DNA of 64,000 nucleotides from Escherichia coli (GTDB taxonomy: Bacteria > Pseudomonadota > Gammaproteobacteria > Enterobacterales > Enterobacteriaceae), in assembly GCF_030013595.1 (NCBI RefSeq), contig NZ_CP122771.1; one strand, written 5' to 3'. The first letter of the stretch is position 1, and each line of letters starts with the position of its first letter. Positions 31,025 through 41,189 of the stretch are shown piece by piece. The notes beneath the pieces were generated by a model. That model did no database searches. It saw only the letters and a program-made list of their open reading frames with translations, and was not told the DNA's origin. The position numbers and the translations under genes were made by a program.

Positions 31025-31874
31025 TCTTCAACAAACGTATTACCGCCAGGTAAAGAACCCGAATCCGGTGTTCACACCCCGTGAAGGTGCCGGAACACTG
31101 AAGTTCTGCGAAAAACTGATGGAAAAGGCGGTGGGCTTCACCTCCCGTTTTGATTTCGCTATTCATGTGGCGCATGCCCGTTCGAAGGGACTGCGTCGGC
31201 GCATGCCACCGGTGCTGCGTCGACGGGCTATTGATGCACTGCTGCAGGGGCTGTGTTTCCACTATGACCCGCTGGCCAACCGTGTCCAGTGCTCCATCAC
31301 CACGCTGGCCATTGAGTGCGGGCTGGCGACGGAGTCTGCTGCCGGAAAACTCTCTATCACCCGAGCCACCCGCGCCCTGACGTTCCTCGCAGAGCTGGGC
31401 CTGATTACCTACCAGACGGAATATGACCCGCTTATCGGGTGCTACATTCCGACCGACATCACGTTCACACCGGCACTGTTTGCCGCTCTCGATGTGTCTG
31501 AGGTGGCGGTGGCAGCTGCGCGCCGCAGTCGTGTGGAATGGGAAAACAGACAGCGCAAGAAGCAGGGACTGGATGCACTGGGTATGGATGAACTGATAGC
31601 GAAAGCCTGGCGTTTTGTGCGTGAGCGTTTCCGCAGTTACCAGACAGAGCTTAAGTCCCGGGGAATAAAGCGTGCCCGTGCGCGTCGTGATGCGGACAGG
31701 GAACGTCAGGATATTGTCACCCTGGTGAAACGGCAGCTGACGCGCGAAATCGCGGAAGGGCGCTTCACTGCTAATCGTGAGGCAGTAAAACGCGAAGTGG
31801 AGCGTCGTGTGAAGGAGCGCATGATTCTGTCACGTAACCGTAATTACAGCCGGCTGGCCACAGCTTCCCCCTGA
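31017..31874 (+). CDS. repA1: RepA1, IncFII replication initiator (GTG start)
   Basis: 285 aa starting [30 protein letters not shown]; matches recalled R100 RepA1. Confidence 0.9.
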
Positions 31875-32049
31875 AAGTGACTTCTCCTGAATAATCCGGC
31901 CCGCGCCGGAGGCATTCGCACGCCTGAAGCCTGTCAGCGAACAAAAAAGCAGCACTGCATACAAAAAACAATCTCATCATCCACCTTCAGGTGCATCCGG
32001 TTCCCCCTGTTTTTGATGCAAAACACCTCCCACAGACGGGTAATTTTGC

Positions 32050-32058
32050 TTATCCACA
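32050..32058 (+). promoter_or_regulatory. DnaA box (TTATCCACA) in the probable oriR downstream of repA1
   Basis: Perfect consensus 9-mer about 175 bp after the repA1 stop, where the IncFII origin lies. Confidence 0.4.
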
Positions 32059-32786
32059 TTTAACTGCAAGGGACTTCCCCATAAGGTTACAACCGTTCAT
32101 GTCATAAAGCGCCAGCCGTCAGCGTTACAGGGTGCAATGTATCTTTTAAACACCTGTTTATATCTCCTTTAAACTACTTAATTACATTCATTTAAAAAGA
32201 AAACCTATTCACTGCCTGTCCTGTGGACAGACAGATATGCACCTCCCACCGCAAGCGGCGGGCCCCGACCAGAAACTATTTAGTTACAACACTCAAATAC
32301 AACCACCGGAAGAACCCCGGTCCCGCGCAGAACTGAAACCACAAAGCCCCTCCTCATAACTGAAAAGCGAGGCCGCCCCCGCCCAAAGGGCGGGAACAAC
32401 ATCGCTTTTAATTATGAATGTTGTAACTACATTATCATCGCTGCCAGTTCTCTGGCTGGAAGTCCTCAGTACACGCTCGTAAGCGGCCCTCACGGCCCGC
32501 TAACGCGGAGATACGCCCCGACTTCGGGTAAACCCTTGTCGGGACCACTCCGACCGCGCACAGAAGCTCTCTCATGGCTGAAAGCGGGTATGGTCTGGCA
32601 GGGCCGGGGATGGGTAAGGTGAAATCTATCAATCAGTACCGGCTTACGCCGGGCTTCGGCGGTTTTACTCCTGTATCATATGAAACAACAGAGTGCCGCC
32701 TTCCATGCCGCTGATGCGGCATATCCTGGTGACGATATCTGAATCGTTATATACTGTGTATATACGTAGTAATGACGAGGTGATAA

Positions 32787-33056
32787 ATGGCACAGGTTAA
32801 TATGAGTTTAAGAATCGACGCTGAACTGAAGGATGCTTTTATGGCCGCTGCAAAAAGCATGGACCGTAATGGCTCTCAGTTAATCCGGGATTTTATGCGC
32901 CAGACCGTTGAACGGCAGCATAATACCTGGTTCCGTGACCAGGTTGCGGCAGGACGTCAGCAACTCGAGCACGGCGATGTGCTTCCCCATGACATGGTCG
33001 AATCTTCTGCTGCTGCATGGCGGGATGAGATGAGCAGGAAGATTGCCGGTAAATGA
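32787..33056 (+). CDS. Ribbon-helix-helix antitoxin (RelB/ParD-like)
   Basis: 89 aa, MAQVNMSLRIDAELKDAFMAAAKSMDRNGSQLIRDFMRQ is a typical RHH; stop overlaps the downstream start (ATGATG). Confidence 0.7.
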   Translation: MAQVNMSLRIDAELKDAFMAAAKSMDRNGSQLIRDFMRQTVERQHNTWFRDQVAAGRQQLEHGDVLPHDMVESSAAAWRDEMSRKIAGK

Positions 33057-33217
33057 TGGAGATATTTTGGACCATGCTGGCCAGCCAGGACAGGAAGCGC
33101 ATTCGTGAGTACATTGCGGAGCAGAACCTGATGGTCGCCATTGAACTGGACGAACGGATTGGTTATTTCGGACGAACGCACCGGCTTACGCCGGTTTTAC
33201 ATCTGTACTACATGTAA
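33056..33217 (+). pseudogene. Truncated RelE/ParE-like toxin (53 codons)
   Basis: Reading frame MEIFWTMLASQDRKRIREYIAEQNLMVAIELDERIGYFGRTHRLTPVLHLYYM runs into the repeat motif accggcttacgccgg and stops; too short for a functional toxin. Confidence 0.45.
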
Positions 33218-33264
33218 CCTCATACACACATAAATGAGTAACATACTGATTAATATGGTAAATC

Positions 33265-34188
33265 ATGACGATTGAAAGCTTTTTTATTGGCACCCGCCGC
33301 TCTGATAAACGTTACGGGCCTCAGAGCAAGGATATGCAGGTTTCTGAATTCATTTCTCTGATTTCTCCCCAAAATGCCCCTCATAAGGTTGTGTTACCTG
33401 ATTTTACTGGTCTGGCAATTCAGCTTGATGCACAAATCAGGAACCAGTTTCATCAACTGAAAGAGGATGAGCACTTCCTTCGATATCGGCAGTTGTCGGA
33501 AAGGTGGTATCAGGCGGACTCTATTAGTGACAGAAACAACCGCAGTAAGCGTTTTGAGAAGATCATGGATGACTCACTTGATTTTTTGCTTTACAGCCAA
33601 GACGTCATGCCTAACATCAATCCAGATGATCTCCAATGGCATGATTACGAAAAGGCTAGCAGTAAGGGTAAAATGTACTGTGTAGCGCTTCTGTTCCATG
33701 TCATTGCACGGGCTGCATATGAACCCGAATCTGTGGGTAAAGATCCGACACTTCCAGAATATTGCCGGTGGATGAAAAATTGGATAGAGAAAACATTAGG
33801 TCATGATTTTTTAGATAGAATGATGATCTATTGTGCGCTGTTTGCCCCAGCGTATTTTCCCGCGTTACAACGTCTGAGCGGAGAGAAAGAAACGCGTGAT
33901 GTCCATGAATTCCTGGCTGAGCATGTTCGCACTTTAGCTCAAAAAAATTCTTCAGAGGTAAATTATAGAGATCAACGGCAATTCACGTTTGGCTACACCA
34001 TGTTCACGAAGCAACAATTTGAATTTCTGGGCATGATGCGCGATGTCCATTACCGGATTGATTGTATTGAACAGCTCCTTCTGGACCTTATAGAACGTAA
34101 GGTTGTGGATTTCACTGATGCATCTGTTGCAGGCACGTGGATTGAGAAGCAAATTCAGCGGCTTGAATCAAACGACGTAAAGCAGTAA
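33265..34188 (+). CDS. Hypothetical protein (307 aa), orphan
   Basis: Long ORF with ATG start immediately after the truncated toxin; no recognisable family. Confidence 0.5.
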   Translation: MTIESFFIGTRRSDKRYGPQSKDMQVSEFISLISPQNAPHKVVLPDFTGLAIQLDAQIRNQFHQLKEDEHFLRYRQLSERWYQADSISDRNNRSKRFEKIMDDSLDFLLYSQDVMPNINPDDLQWHDYEKASSKGKMYCVALLFHVIARAAYEPESVGKDPTLPEYCRWMKNWIEKTLGHDFLDRMMIYCALFAPAYFPALQRLSGEKETRDVHEFLAEHVRTLAQKNSSEVNYRDQRQFTFGYTMFTKQQFEFLGMMRDVHYRIDCIEQLLLDLIERKVVDFTDASVAGTWIEKQIQRLESNDVKQ

Positions 34189-34807
34189 CCCTCTGAACTG
34201 TAAATTGGGTAGTCAGATTTAATTATTGGCACCTGTTCATAGGTGCCACCTTTCTGAAAGAATGTATCCTAATTTTTCGATATCCAAACTGACCCCTATT
34301 TTAGATGTTTCATTTATCACACCCTAAAGCTGAATATTTATCACAAGCCATTTTTACCGATAAATAACTAAGGCGATCAATGCCAATGGACTTACAATAA
34401 TAAACAGATTCTTTTTTGCTATTCAGGTTCGTAACACGGGGTCTGAAGTCCAATGGAACGAAAACGTACGTTAGTGAAGTAACTGTATGATATATCAAGA
34501 CATAATGGACATAGAAAAACGCCATCAAAACGGTGTCTTTTTAATCGAAAATTGGCACTTAACGGACGGCATTGTCTACTAATCGATTTTTAGACGATAA
34601 TTTTCCTCTTACCGTACATTTTCGTACGGTTGGCCCTCAAACCCCGATTTGAACTCAATCGGATAACCTGAATGCAATACCGCAATGGCGATAATTTAAA
34701 AGCGATAGCCGTTGACGCAAAATCAATCCGTTACGCATCTCTATTGGTTAAATAATGCGCTTAACGTACAAAATTTTCCCATATCCAAACTGACCCCTTA
34801 AAGGACA

Positions 34808-35155
34808 TCAACACGCATTCGGCGTTTTTTCTTGTCCAATTGTGATTTTCGTGAGCTCCGTATCAGTGAAATTTCCCTTTCCTGATTCTGTGTCAAAGTC
34901 ACCAGGTTTGAACCGGTGTACATCCTGCCATATAGAGAAACAGGTGTGGCAGGTGACAGGCAGTTCTCCATCAGCCACCTTTTCGCAGTTTTCAATCAGT
35001 ACCCGTTCCTTATTGTATTGTAAGTTATAACCACTTGTGCAAAGCGTTTCATACCCGTGAGCGCCTGTCACGATATGTGTGGCAATCCGTTCCCTGACTT
35101 TTCCGTTCACTAATAACTGTTCACGTGTGGTGATCGTTCGCATTCTCTTCCTCAT
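34808..35155 (-). CDS. Hypothetical protein (115 aa) with Cys/His pattern
   Basis: Minus-strand ORF convergent with the 307-aa gene; RBS-like ggaaa before ATG; cysteines and histidines suggest possible metal binding. Confidence 0.4.
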   Translation of the reverse strand: MRKRMRTITTREQLLVNGKVRERIATHIVTGAHGYETLCTSGYNLQYNKERVLIENCEKVADGELPVTCHTCFSIWQDVHRFKPGDFDTESGKGNFTDTELTKITIGQEKTPNAC

Positions 35156-35480
35156 CAGCTTTCCTGTAGAAGCCTCCTGACTATAAGGCTCCGGATATCT
35201 TACCCGCTCATTTTGGCTGGAGGTAGTGGTGGCGTCAGAGGATGAATTACTGACATTGTATATGAAGCTTTGAGTTTTTTCTGGATTTCATCAGTGTTTA
35301 TCTTTATTTGTTCTTGTTTGTTCTCTTTTGTGCTGTTGGAGTCGGTTTTTGTCTGTGTTTTTCTTTATTTTTCCATTTGTGGCCGATATCAGGTCTTTAC
35401 CGATACGTTGTTTTAGGTGATAATCGTTTTTGATCTCGTATTTTTCTAAAAAAATCCATTTTATTTATGTGAGGTTCTAG

Positions 35481-36461
35481 ATGCGTATCTTTGTAGACGA
35501 CGGCTCTACCAACATCAAACTGGCCTGGGTTGAAGACGGTGCAGTGAAAACGTTAATTAGTCCGAATAGTTTTAAGCCGGAATGGTCTATGACGCTGCAG
35601 GGACTGACTGATGCCACTGTACCCGCTTCCGCAAACTATGAGATTGATGGAGAAAAATACAGCTTTGATCAATTGAGTCCGGATGCAGTGCGCACCACAG
35701 AAACGCGTTATCAGTACAGCGACGTTAATGTGGTTGCTATTCATCATGCGTTGATGCAGTCAGGTATTGCTCCACAACCTGTTGATATTGTTGTGACTTT
35801 ACCTTTAGGTGAGTATCTGGATGAGAACGATCAGCCAAATCTGGCTAATATCGAACGTAAGAAAAATAATGTCCGGCGAACTGTAACAGTTCAGGGGCGT
35901 GAAAACTTTACCATTCGTAAAGTCAGTGTCTTGCCTGAGTCCGTGCCTGCCGGTTTTGACGTGCTGAAAGATCTGAATGATCTGGAGTCGCTGTTGATTG
36001 TTGATATCGGTGGAACGACCCTTGATATTGCACATGTCCGCAGCAAAATGTCAGGTTTCACAAAAACCTATTGTGACCCCAAGACTGGCGTCTCCATCAT
36101 TACTGAAGCAGTTAAGCATGCGATGGATGTGAATGTGAGTACACGAACCAGTTCTTATTTTGCAGATCGTCTAATCCAGGGCCGGGATGACAATGAATTC
36201 CTGACCCGTTATATCCCGAATGCAGAACAGCGTGAGCGGATCCTGACAGTATTACGTGACCGGGAAAAAAAACTGCAGCATCGTGTGGCGGATTCAGTAG
36301 GACGCTTTGCTGGTTTTACTCATGTTATGGTTGTTGGCGGTGGTGCCAGCCTTGTGGCTGGGGCAGTAAAAAAAGCGACAGGAGTGGGTGATAACCGTTT
36401 CTTTGTCAGTGACAATCCTCAGTTCGATCTGGTGTTGGGAATGATGGCAATGAAGGGATGA
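35481..36461 (+). CDS. stbA: StbA/ParM actin-like partition ATPase
   Basis: 326 aa; MRIFVDDGSTNIKLAW... and DIGGTTLDI motifs match recalled R1 ParM / R100 StbA. Confidence 0.85.
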   Translation: MRIFVDDGSTNIKLAWVEDGAVKTLISPNSFKPEWSMTLQGLTDATVPASANYEIDGEKYSFDQLSPDAVRTTETRYQYSDVNVVAIHHALMQSGIAPQPVDIVVTLPLGEYLDENDQPNLANIERKKNNVRRTVTVQGRENFTIRKVSVLPESVPAGFDVLKDLNDLESLLIVDIGGTTLDIAHVRSKMSGFTKTYCDPKTGVSIITEAVKHAMDVNVSTRTSSYFADRLIQGRDDNEFLTRYIPNAEQRERILTVLRDREKKLQHRVADSVGRFAGFTHVMVVGGGASLVAGAVKKATGVGDNRFFVSDNPQFDLVLGMMAMKG

Positions 36462-36886
36462 GTATGGCTGATAATCGTAAGTGCTCTTTTTATATTTATC
36501 CGGAACGAAATGCAGCTGATCGGGTGGCTGACAGGTTTCTTGAAAAATTGCCTCAGAAAGAACGTGGTCGGGCAATGCGGGCCATGATGTTGTGTGGTGC
36601 TGCATTGATGAAGCAGGATGAACGATTGCCGTTCCTGATAGCTGAATTCCTGACAGACAGCACGTCTATGCAGGATATTCAACGAATTATCAGTAGTACG
36701 CTACCACAACAGGAAAATGGTGAAGTCGTTCGTTTGCTGGAGGCATTTCTGCAGTCTGCTGGTAATAATGCAAAAGCGATCCTGCCTGCGGTTGATTCTG
36801 CTACGCAAGAAATATCTGCTCCAGTCGATCAGAATCTCCTGGAAACAAGAAACAACATTAAGAACTTGTTTCCGGATGATGAATAA
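36458..36886 (+). CDS. stbB: StbB/ParR partition adaptor
   Basis: 142-aa ORF overlapping the stbA stop; position as ParR/StbB. Confidence 0.65.
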   Translation: MSMADNRKCSFYIYPERNAADRVADRFLEKLPQKERGRAMRAMMLCGAALMKQDERLPFLIAEFLTDSTSMQDIQRIISSTLPQQENGEVVRLLEAFLQSAGNNAKAILPAVDSATQEISAPVDQNLLETRNNIKNLFPDDE

Positions 36887-36904
36887 GAACTGAACTCTGT
36901 TAAA

Positions 36905-36928
36905 GGACGCTGTTGCGTCCTTTTTTCT
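36905..36928 (+). terminator. Rho-independent terminator after stbB
   Basis: GGACGC-tgtt-GCGTCC followed by a T-run. Confidence 0.6.
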
Positions 36929-37258
36929 TTTCCGACAAAGGATGTCGCCGGGCTCCTCTTTTTACTGCGCCGGCTGACGCGGCGCGGCAGGAACGCTGCC
37001 TGTGGTCAGTATCCCGCGTCCGGCCGGGCACGGGACGGGCGCTTTTACCGCTCCCGGCTGGCGTCGGTGGCAGTGTACGCCAGCCCGTCGCCCTTTTCTG
37101 ATGAACGCCCTTCAAGCCGCTTTCGCGGCATATCCTCGCCGTCAAACAGACGACGGCTGCGGTATTCCACGGTCGGCCTGACCCGTTATCGGACGCGGTG
37201 AACAGCCCACAGGCCGCGGGGAACGGGCGCCACAGGGGCGCCCTCCCGGTGCTCTCTG
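36924..37258 (+). repeat. Leading-region repeat type A, copy 1 (Frpo/ssi-like)
   Basis: About 335 bp nearly identical to 38244-38567; GC-rich with multiple hairpins, upstream of a leading-region gene. Confidence 0.7.
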
Positions 37259-37286
37259 CTGAAGCAGAAGTGAGAGGAGAATTCCC

Positions 37287-38213
37287 ATGCCAAACTGGTG
37301 CTCAAATCGTATGCATTTTTCTGGTGAACCGGCACAGATTGCTGAGATTAAACGACTGGCCAGCGGTGCAGTCACACCGTTTTATCGCCGCGCCACAAAT
37401 GAAGGTATTCAGCTGTTTCTGGCCGGAAGTGCCGGACTTCTGCAGACCACTGAAGATGTGCAGTTTGAACCGTGCCCCGGAGTGACGGCTGCCGGACGTG
37501 GTGTTGTATCGCCGGAGAATATCGCGTTCACCTGCTGGCTGACACACCTGCAGAACGGTGTGCTACTGGATGAACAAAACTGCCTGATGCTGCATGAACT
37601 CTGGCTGCAGAGTGGTACTGGCCAGCGTCGCTGGGAAGGATTACCGGATGAGGTCAGGGAAACCATCACCGTGCATTTCACCGCCAAAAGAGGTGACTGG
37701 TGTGGCTTCTGGAGTAACGAGGATGTATCGGTGTGGTGGAACCGTCTGTGTGACAATGTACTGCCGGAAAAAACCATGCCGTTTGACCTGCTGACGGTTC
37801 TGCCCACCCGCCTGGATGTTGAAGTGAATGGCTTTAACGGTGGTGTTCTGAATGGTGTTCCTTCTGCGTATCACTGGTATACGGAACAGTATGGCGTGAA
37901 GTGGCCTGTGGGGTATGAGGTGAATATCAGCCGTCAGGGAGAAAACTTCATTCAGGTGGATTTCGACACGCCGTGGTGTCAGCCGGAAAGCAACGTTGTT
38001 GCAGAATTAAGCCGCCGTTTCGGCTGCACGCTGGAGCACTGGTACGCCGAACAGGGCTGCAATTTCTGTGGCTGGCAGTTGTATGAGCGCGGAGAGCTCG
38101 TTGATGTGCTGTGGGGGGAACTGGAATGGTCTTCCCCGACAGATGACGATGAGCTGCCGGAAGTCACCGGACCTGCGTGGATAGTCGACAAGGTGGCGCA
38201 TTATGGCGGATGA
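37287..38213 (+). CDS. Conserved leading-region protein (308 aa, Trp/Cys-rich)
   Basis: RBS gagagga before ATG 37287; first gene after repeat type A copy 1. Confidence 0.6.
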   Translation: MPNWCSNRMHFSGEPAQIAEIKRLASGAVTPFYRRATNEGIQLFLAGSAGLLQTTEDVQFEPCPGVTAAGRGVVSPENIAFTCWLTHLQNGVLLDEQNCLMLHELWLQSGTGQRRWEGLPDEVRETITVHFTAKRGDWCGFWSNEDVSVWWNRLCDNVLPEKTMPFDLLTVLPTRLDVEVNGFNGGVLNGVPSAYHWYTEQYGVKWPVGYEVNISRQGENFIQVDFDTPWCQPESNVVAELSRRFGCTLEHWYAEQGCNFCGWQLYERGELVDVLWGELEWSSPTDDDELPEVTGPAWIVDKVAHYGG

Positions 38214-38227
38214 AGTATGACGGAGAC

Positions 38228-38250
38228 GGGCGGGCAACCGCCCGTTTCTT
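38228..38250 (+). terminator. Terminator-like hairpin after the 308-aa gene
   Basis: GGGCGG-gcaa-CCGCCC followed by a T-run. Confidence 0.5.
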
Positions 38251-38567
38251 TTCCGGTAAAGGATGTCGCCGTGCTCCTCTTTTTACTGCGCCGGCTGACG
38301 CGGCGCGGCATAAACGCTGCCTGTGGTCAGTGTCCCGCGTCCGGCGGGCACGGGACGGACGCTTTTACCGCTCCCGGCTGGCGTCAGTGACAGTGTACGC
38401 CAGCCCGTCGCCCTTTCTGATGAACGCCCTTCAAGCCGCTTTCGCGGCATAGCCTTGCCGTCAAACAGACGACGGCTGCGGTATTCCACGGTCGGCCTGA
38501 CCCGTTACCGGACGCGGTGAACAGCCCACAGGCCGCGGGGAACGGGCACCACAGGGGTGCCCTCCCG
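38244..38567 (+). repeat. Leading-region repeat type A, copy 2 (Frpo/ssi-like)
   Basis: Near-identical to 36924-37258. Confidence 0.7.
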
Positions 38568-38595
38568 GTGCCCTCTGTAAGAGAAGGAGGCTTTT

Positions 38596-39279
38596 ATGTC
38601 CCGTTTTATCCTGGGTGACTGCGTGCGAGTTATGGCCACGTTTCCGGACAATGCTGTCGATTTCATCCTCACCGACCCGCCGTATCTCGTCGGTTTCCGT
38701 GACCGTTCCGGGCGCACCATTGCCGGTGACGTTAACGATGACTGGCTGCAACCTGCCAGTAATGAGATGTACCGCGTACTCAAAAAAGACGCGTTAATGG
38801 TGAGCTTCTATGGCTGGAACCGCGTCGATCGCTTTATGGCCGCCTGGAAAAATGCGGGATTCAGCGTGGTTGGCCACCTGGTGTTTACCAAAACCTACAC
38901 ATCGAAGGCCGCATATGTGGGCTATCGCCACGAATGCGCCTACATCCTGGCAAAAGGACGTCCGGCGCTGCCTCAGAAGCCATTGCCCGACGTGCTGGGC
39001 TGGAAATATTCAGGCAACCGCCATCACCCGACGGAAAAGCCTGTTACCAGCCTGCAACCGCTCATTGAGAGCTTCACACATCCGAACGCGATTGTGCTGG
39101 ACCCGTTTGCAGGCAGCGGCTCAACATGCGTCGCCGCCCTCCAGTCCGGACGCCGGTATATCGGTATCGAGCTGCTTGAACAGTATCACCGTGCCGGACA
39201 GCAACGACTGGCCGCCGTGCAACGGGCCATGCAGCAGGGGGCCGCGAATGATAACTGGTTTGAACCGGAGGCGGCGTAA
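38596..39279 (+). CDS. Orphan DNA methyltransferase (DPPY motif IV, then FAGSGST motif I)
   Basis: 227 aa with ILTDPPYLVGF and LDPFAGSGSTCVAA; no adjacent restriction endonuclease. Confidence 0.8.
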   Translation: MSRFILGDCVRVMATFPDNAVDFILTDPPYLVGFRDRSGRTIAGDVNDDWLQPASNEMYRVLKKDALMVSFYGWNRVDRFMAAWKNAGFSVVGHLVFTKTYTSKAAYVGYRHECAYILAKGRPALPQKPLPDVLGWKYSGNRHHPTEKPVTSLQPLIESFTHPNAIVLDPFAGSGSTCVAALQSGRRYIGIELLEQYHRAGQQRLAAVQRAMQQGAANDNWFEPEAA

Positions 39280-39501
39280 ATGAACTATGCCGGACACGAA
39301 AAACTTCGCGCCGAAGTGGCGGAGGTGGCCAACACCATGTGTGACCTTCGGGCCAGGCTGAACGATATGGAGCATCGCTGTCGCTTTGATTCCGATGTGC
39401 TTGTTGAACGCCTGACACGCCAGACGCTGTATCGCGCCAATCGCCTGTTCATGGAGGCATATACCGAAATTCTGGAACTGGATTCCTGCTTCAAAGATTG
39501 A
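39280..39501 (+). CDS. Hypothetical small leading-region protein (73 aa)
   Basis: ATG immediately after the methyltransferase stop (TAAATG). Confidence 0.45.
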   Translation: MNYAGHEKLRAEVAEVANTMCDLRARLNDMEHRCRFDSDVLVERLTRQTLYRANRLFMEAYTEILELDSCFKD

Positions 39502-39512
39502 GGAGAGAGAGT

Positions 39513-39947
39513 ATGTACGGAACATGCGAAACGCTGTGCCGGGAGCTGGCAGCAAAGTATCCGGGAGACACGCCACTGATGCTGGTTATCTGGTCTCCGG
39601 AAGATATTCAGGCACTGGCTGACGGTATGGAAATTTCTCTGACCGATCATGAAATCAGGACCGTCCTGGCGCGCATGGAGGACATCCCGGAAGACCAGCG
39701 GACTGAATCCGGTATTTCTTCCGCCGCGGTGATGGAGATTATCAGCAACGTGAGCGAAAACCGCCAGGTGACCGTCCCTGCTGAACTGCTGGCGTCCCTG
39801 ATTCAGACCGCTGAACAGGCACTGTGGAAACGTGAGTGGGCCGCCCGTGATAACGGCCTCGCCGTCCCGGAATGCGTTACCCGCCGTCAGGCGGTGGTTA
39901 ATCAGGCCCGCACCCTGCTGAAAAACAACACACACGAAAACAACTGA
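39513..39947 (+). CDS. Hypothetical leading-region protein, paralog of 41662-42084
   Basis: RBS gaggagagaga before ATG 39513; shares MYxT... N-terminus and RQVTVPA motif with the paralog. Confidence 0.55.
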   Translation: MYGTCETLCRELAAKYPGDTPLMLVIWSPEDIQALADGMEISLTDHEIRTVLARMEDIPEDQRTESGISSAAVMEIISNVSENRQVTVPAELLASLIQTAEQALWKREWAARDNGLAVPECVTRRQAVVNQARTLLKNNTHENN

Positions 39948-39997
39948 TGTTATCGCCGCCTGCCCTGCGGGCGGCGATACAGGGAGAACGCTTAATC

Positions 39998-40777
39998 ATG
40001 AACGAAAACAGCACGCTGAACGCACTGATTTGTCGTCACGCCCGTAACCTGCTGCTGGCGCAGGGCTGGCCGGAGGAGACGGATGTTGATCAGCGAGATC
40101 CACAGAACTATCCGGGCTGGATCAGCATTTACGTGCGGCTGGATGCGCCCCGGCTGGCGACGTTACTTATCAACCGTCACGGCGGCGTACTGCCGCCGCT
40201 CCTGGCCTCCGCCATTCAGAGACTGACCGGAACCGGGGCGGAACTGGTACTGTCCGGCAGTCAGTGGCAGTCGCTGCCGGTACTTCCGGCAGACGGAACG
40301 CAGGTGTCTTTCCCGTATGCCGGAGAATGGCTGACCGAAGACGAAATCAGGGCTGTTCTTGATGCGGTGCACGATGCGGTACGAAGCATCTGTTACCAGG
40401 TGGCAGAAGATGCGCGGCGTATCCGTGCGGCGCTGACCACCACCGGTCAGACGTTGCTGACCCGCCAGACGCGCCGCTTTCGCCTGGTCGTGAAGGAAAG
40501 CGATCACCCCTGCTGGCTCGATGAAGATGACGAAAACCTGCCCGTGGTGCTCGATGCCATCGTGAACCGGGGAGCACGTTTTTCGTCGGTGGAAATGTAT
40601 CTGGTCAGTGAGTGTATTGAGCATATCCTGTCCAGTGGGCTGGCCTGCGATGTGCTGCGTATACCGGATGAACCGCCCCGCCGCTGGTTTGACCGTGGTG
40701 TTCTGCGGGAAGTTGTCCGGGAAGCCCGGGCCGAAATCCGCAGCATGGCGGATGCCCTGACAAAAATCAGGGGCTGA
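39998..40777 (+). CDS. Hypothetical leading-region protein (259 aa)
   Basis: ATG 39998 preceded by agggaga; uninterrupted ORF. Confidence 0.55.
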   Translation: MNENSTLNALICRHARNLLLAQGWPEETDVDQRDPQNYPGWISIYVRLDAPRLATLLINRHGGVLPPLLASAIQRLTGTGAELVLSGSQWQSLPVLPADGTQVSFPYAGEWLTEDEIRAVLDAVHDAVRSICYQVAEDARRIRAALTTTGQTLLTRQTRRFRLVVKESDHPCWLDEDDENLPVVLDAIVNRGARFSSVEMYLVSECIEHILSSGLACDVLRIPDEPPRRWFDRGVLREVVREARAEIRSMADALTKIRG

Positions 40778-41189
40778 TGATGGCGGGGAAAATCCCCGCC
40801 TTTTTCCTGCCGGTCCCCGGACAGAGCACAAAGGAAGTCGCCGCCGGCTCCGCTTTACCCGGCCATGCAGGCATGGCCTTGTGGGTTTTCAGTTATGTGG
40901 CCACAGTGTCGTGTGCGGGCTGTGCCGTGCCTCCATCTTAGCCGGGCTGGCGTTGATGCAAGGGTACGCTTCGCCGCTGCGGTCACCCGGTCCCTCCTTC
41001 CCGTCTGCCGTGATTTTCCGGTCGTTCACCCGCTCAGATTTCGCGGTCTCACCCTCCAACTCCCGCCAGCCGTGTGCGTCAGGCTGCGGCTTCCCTTGCG
41101 CCCTGTGCATCCCCGCCTTATCGCCCGGCTTTTATGGAGGCACGGCACCGCCCGGTGTCGCGGAATATGTGAACAACGGAGGAAATCCC

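Noticed and set aside
39285-39935. 216-aa minus-strand ORF across leading-region genes
   Set aside because: Antisense to two consecutive well-formed plus-strand genes with RBSs; GC-rich spurious frame.
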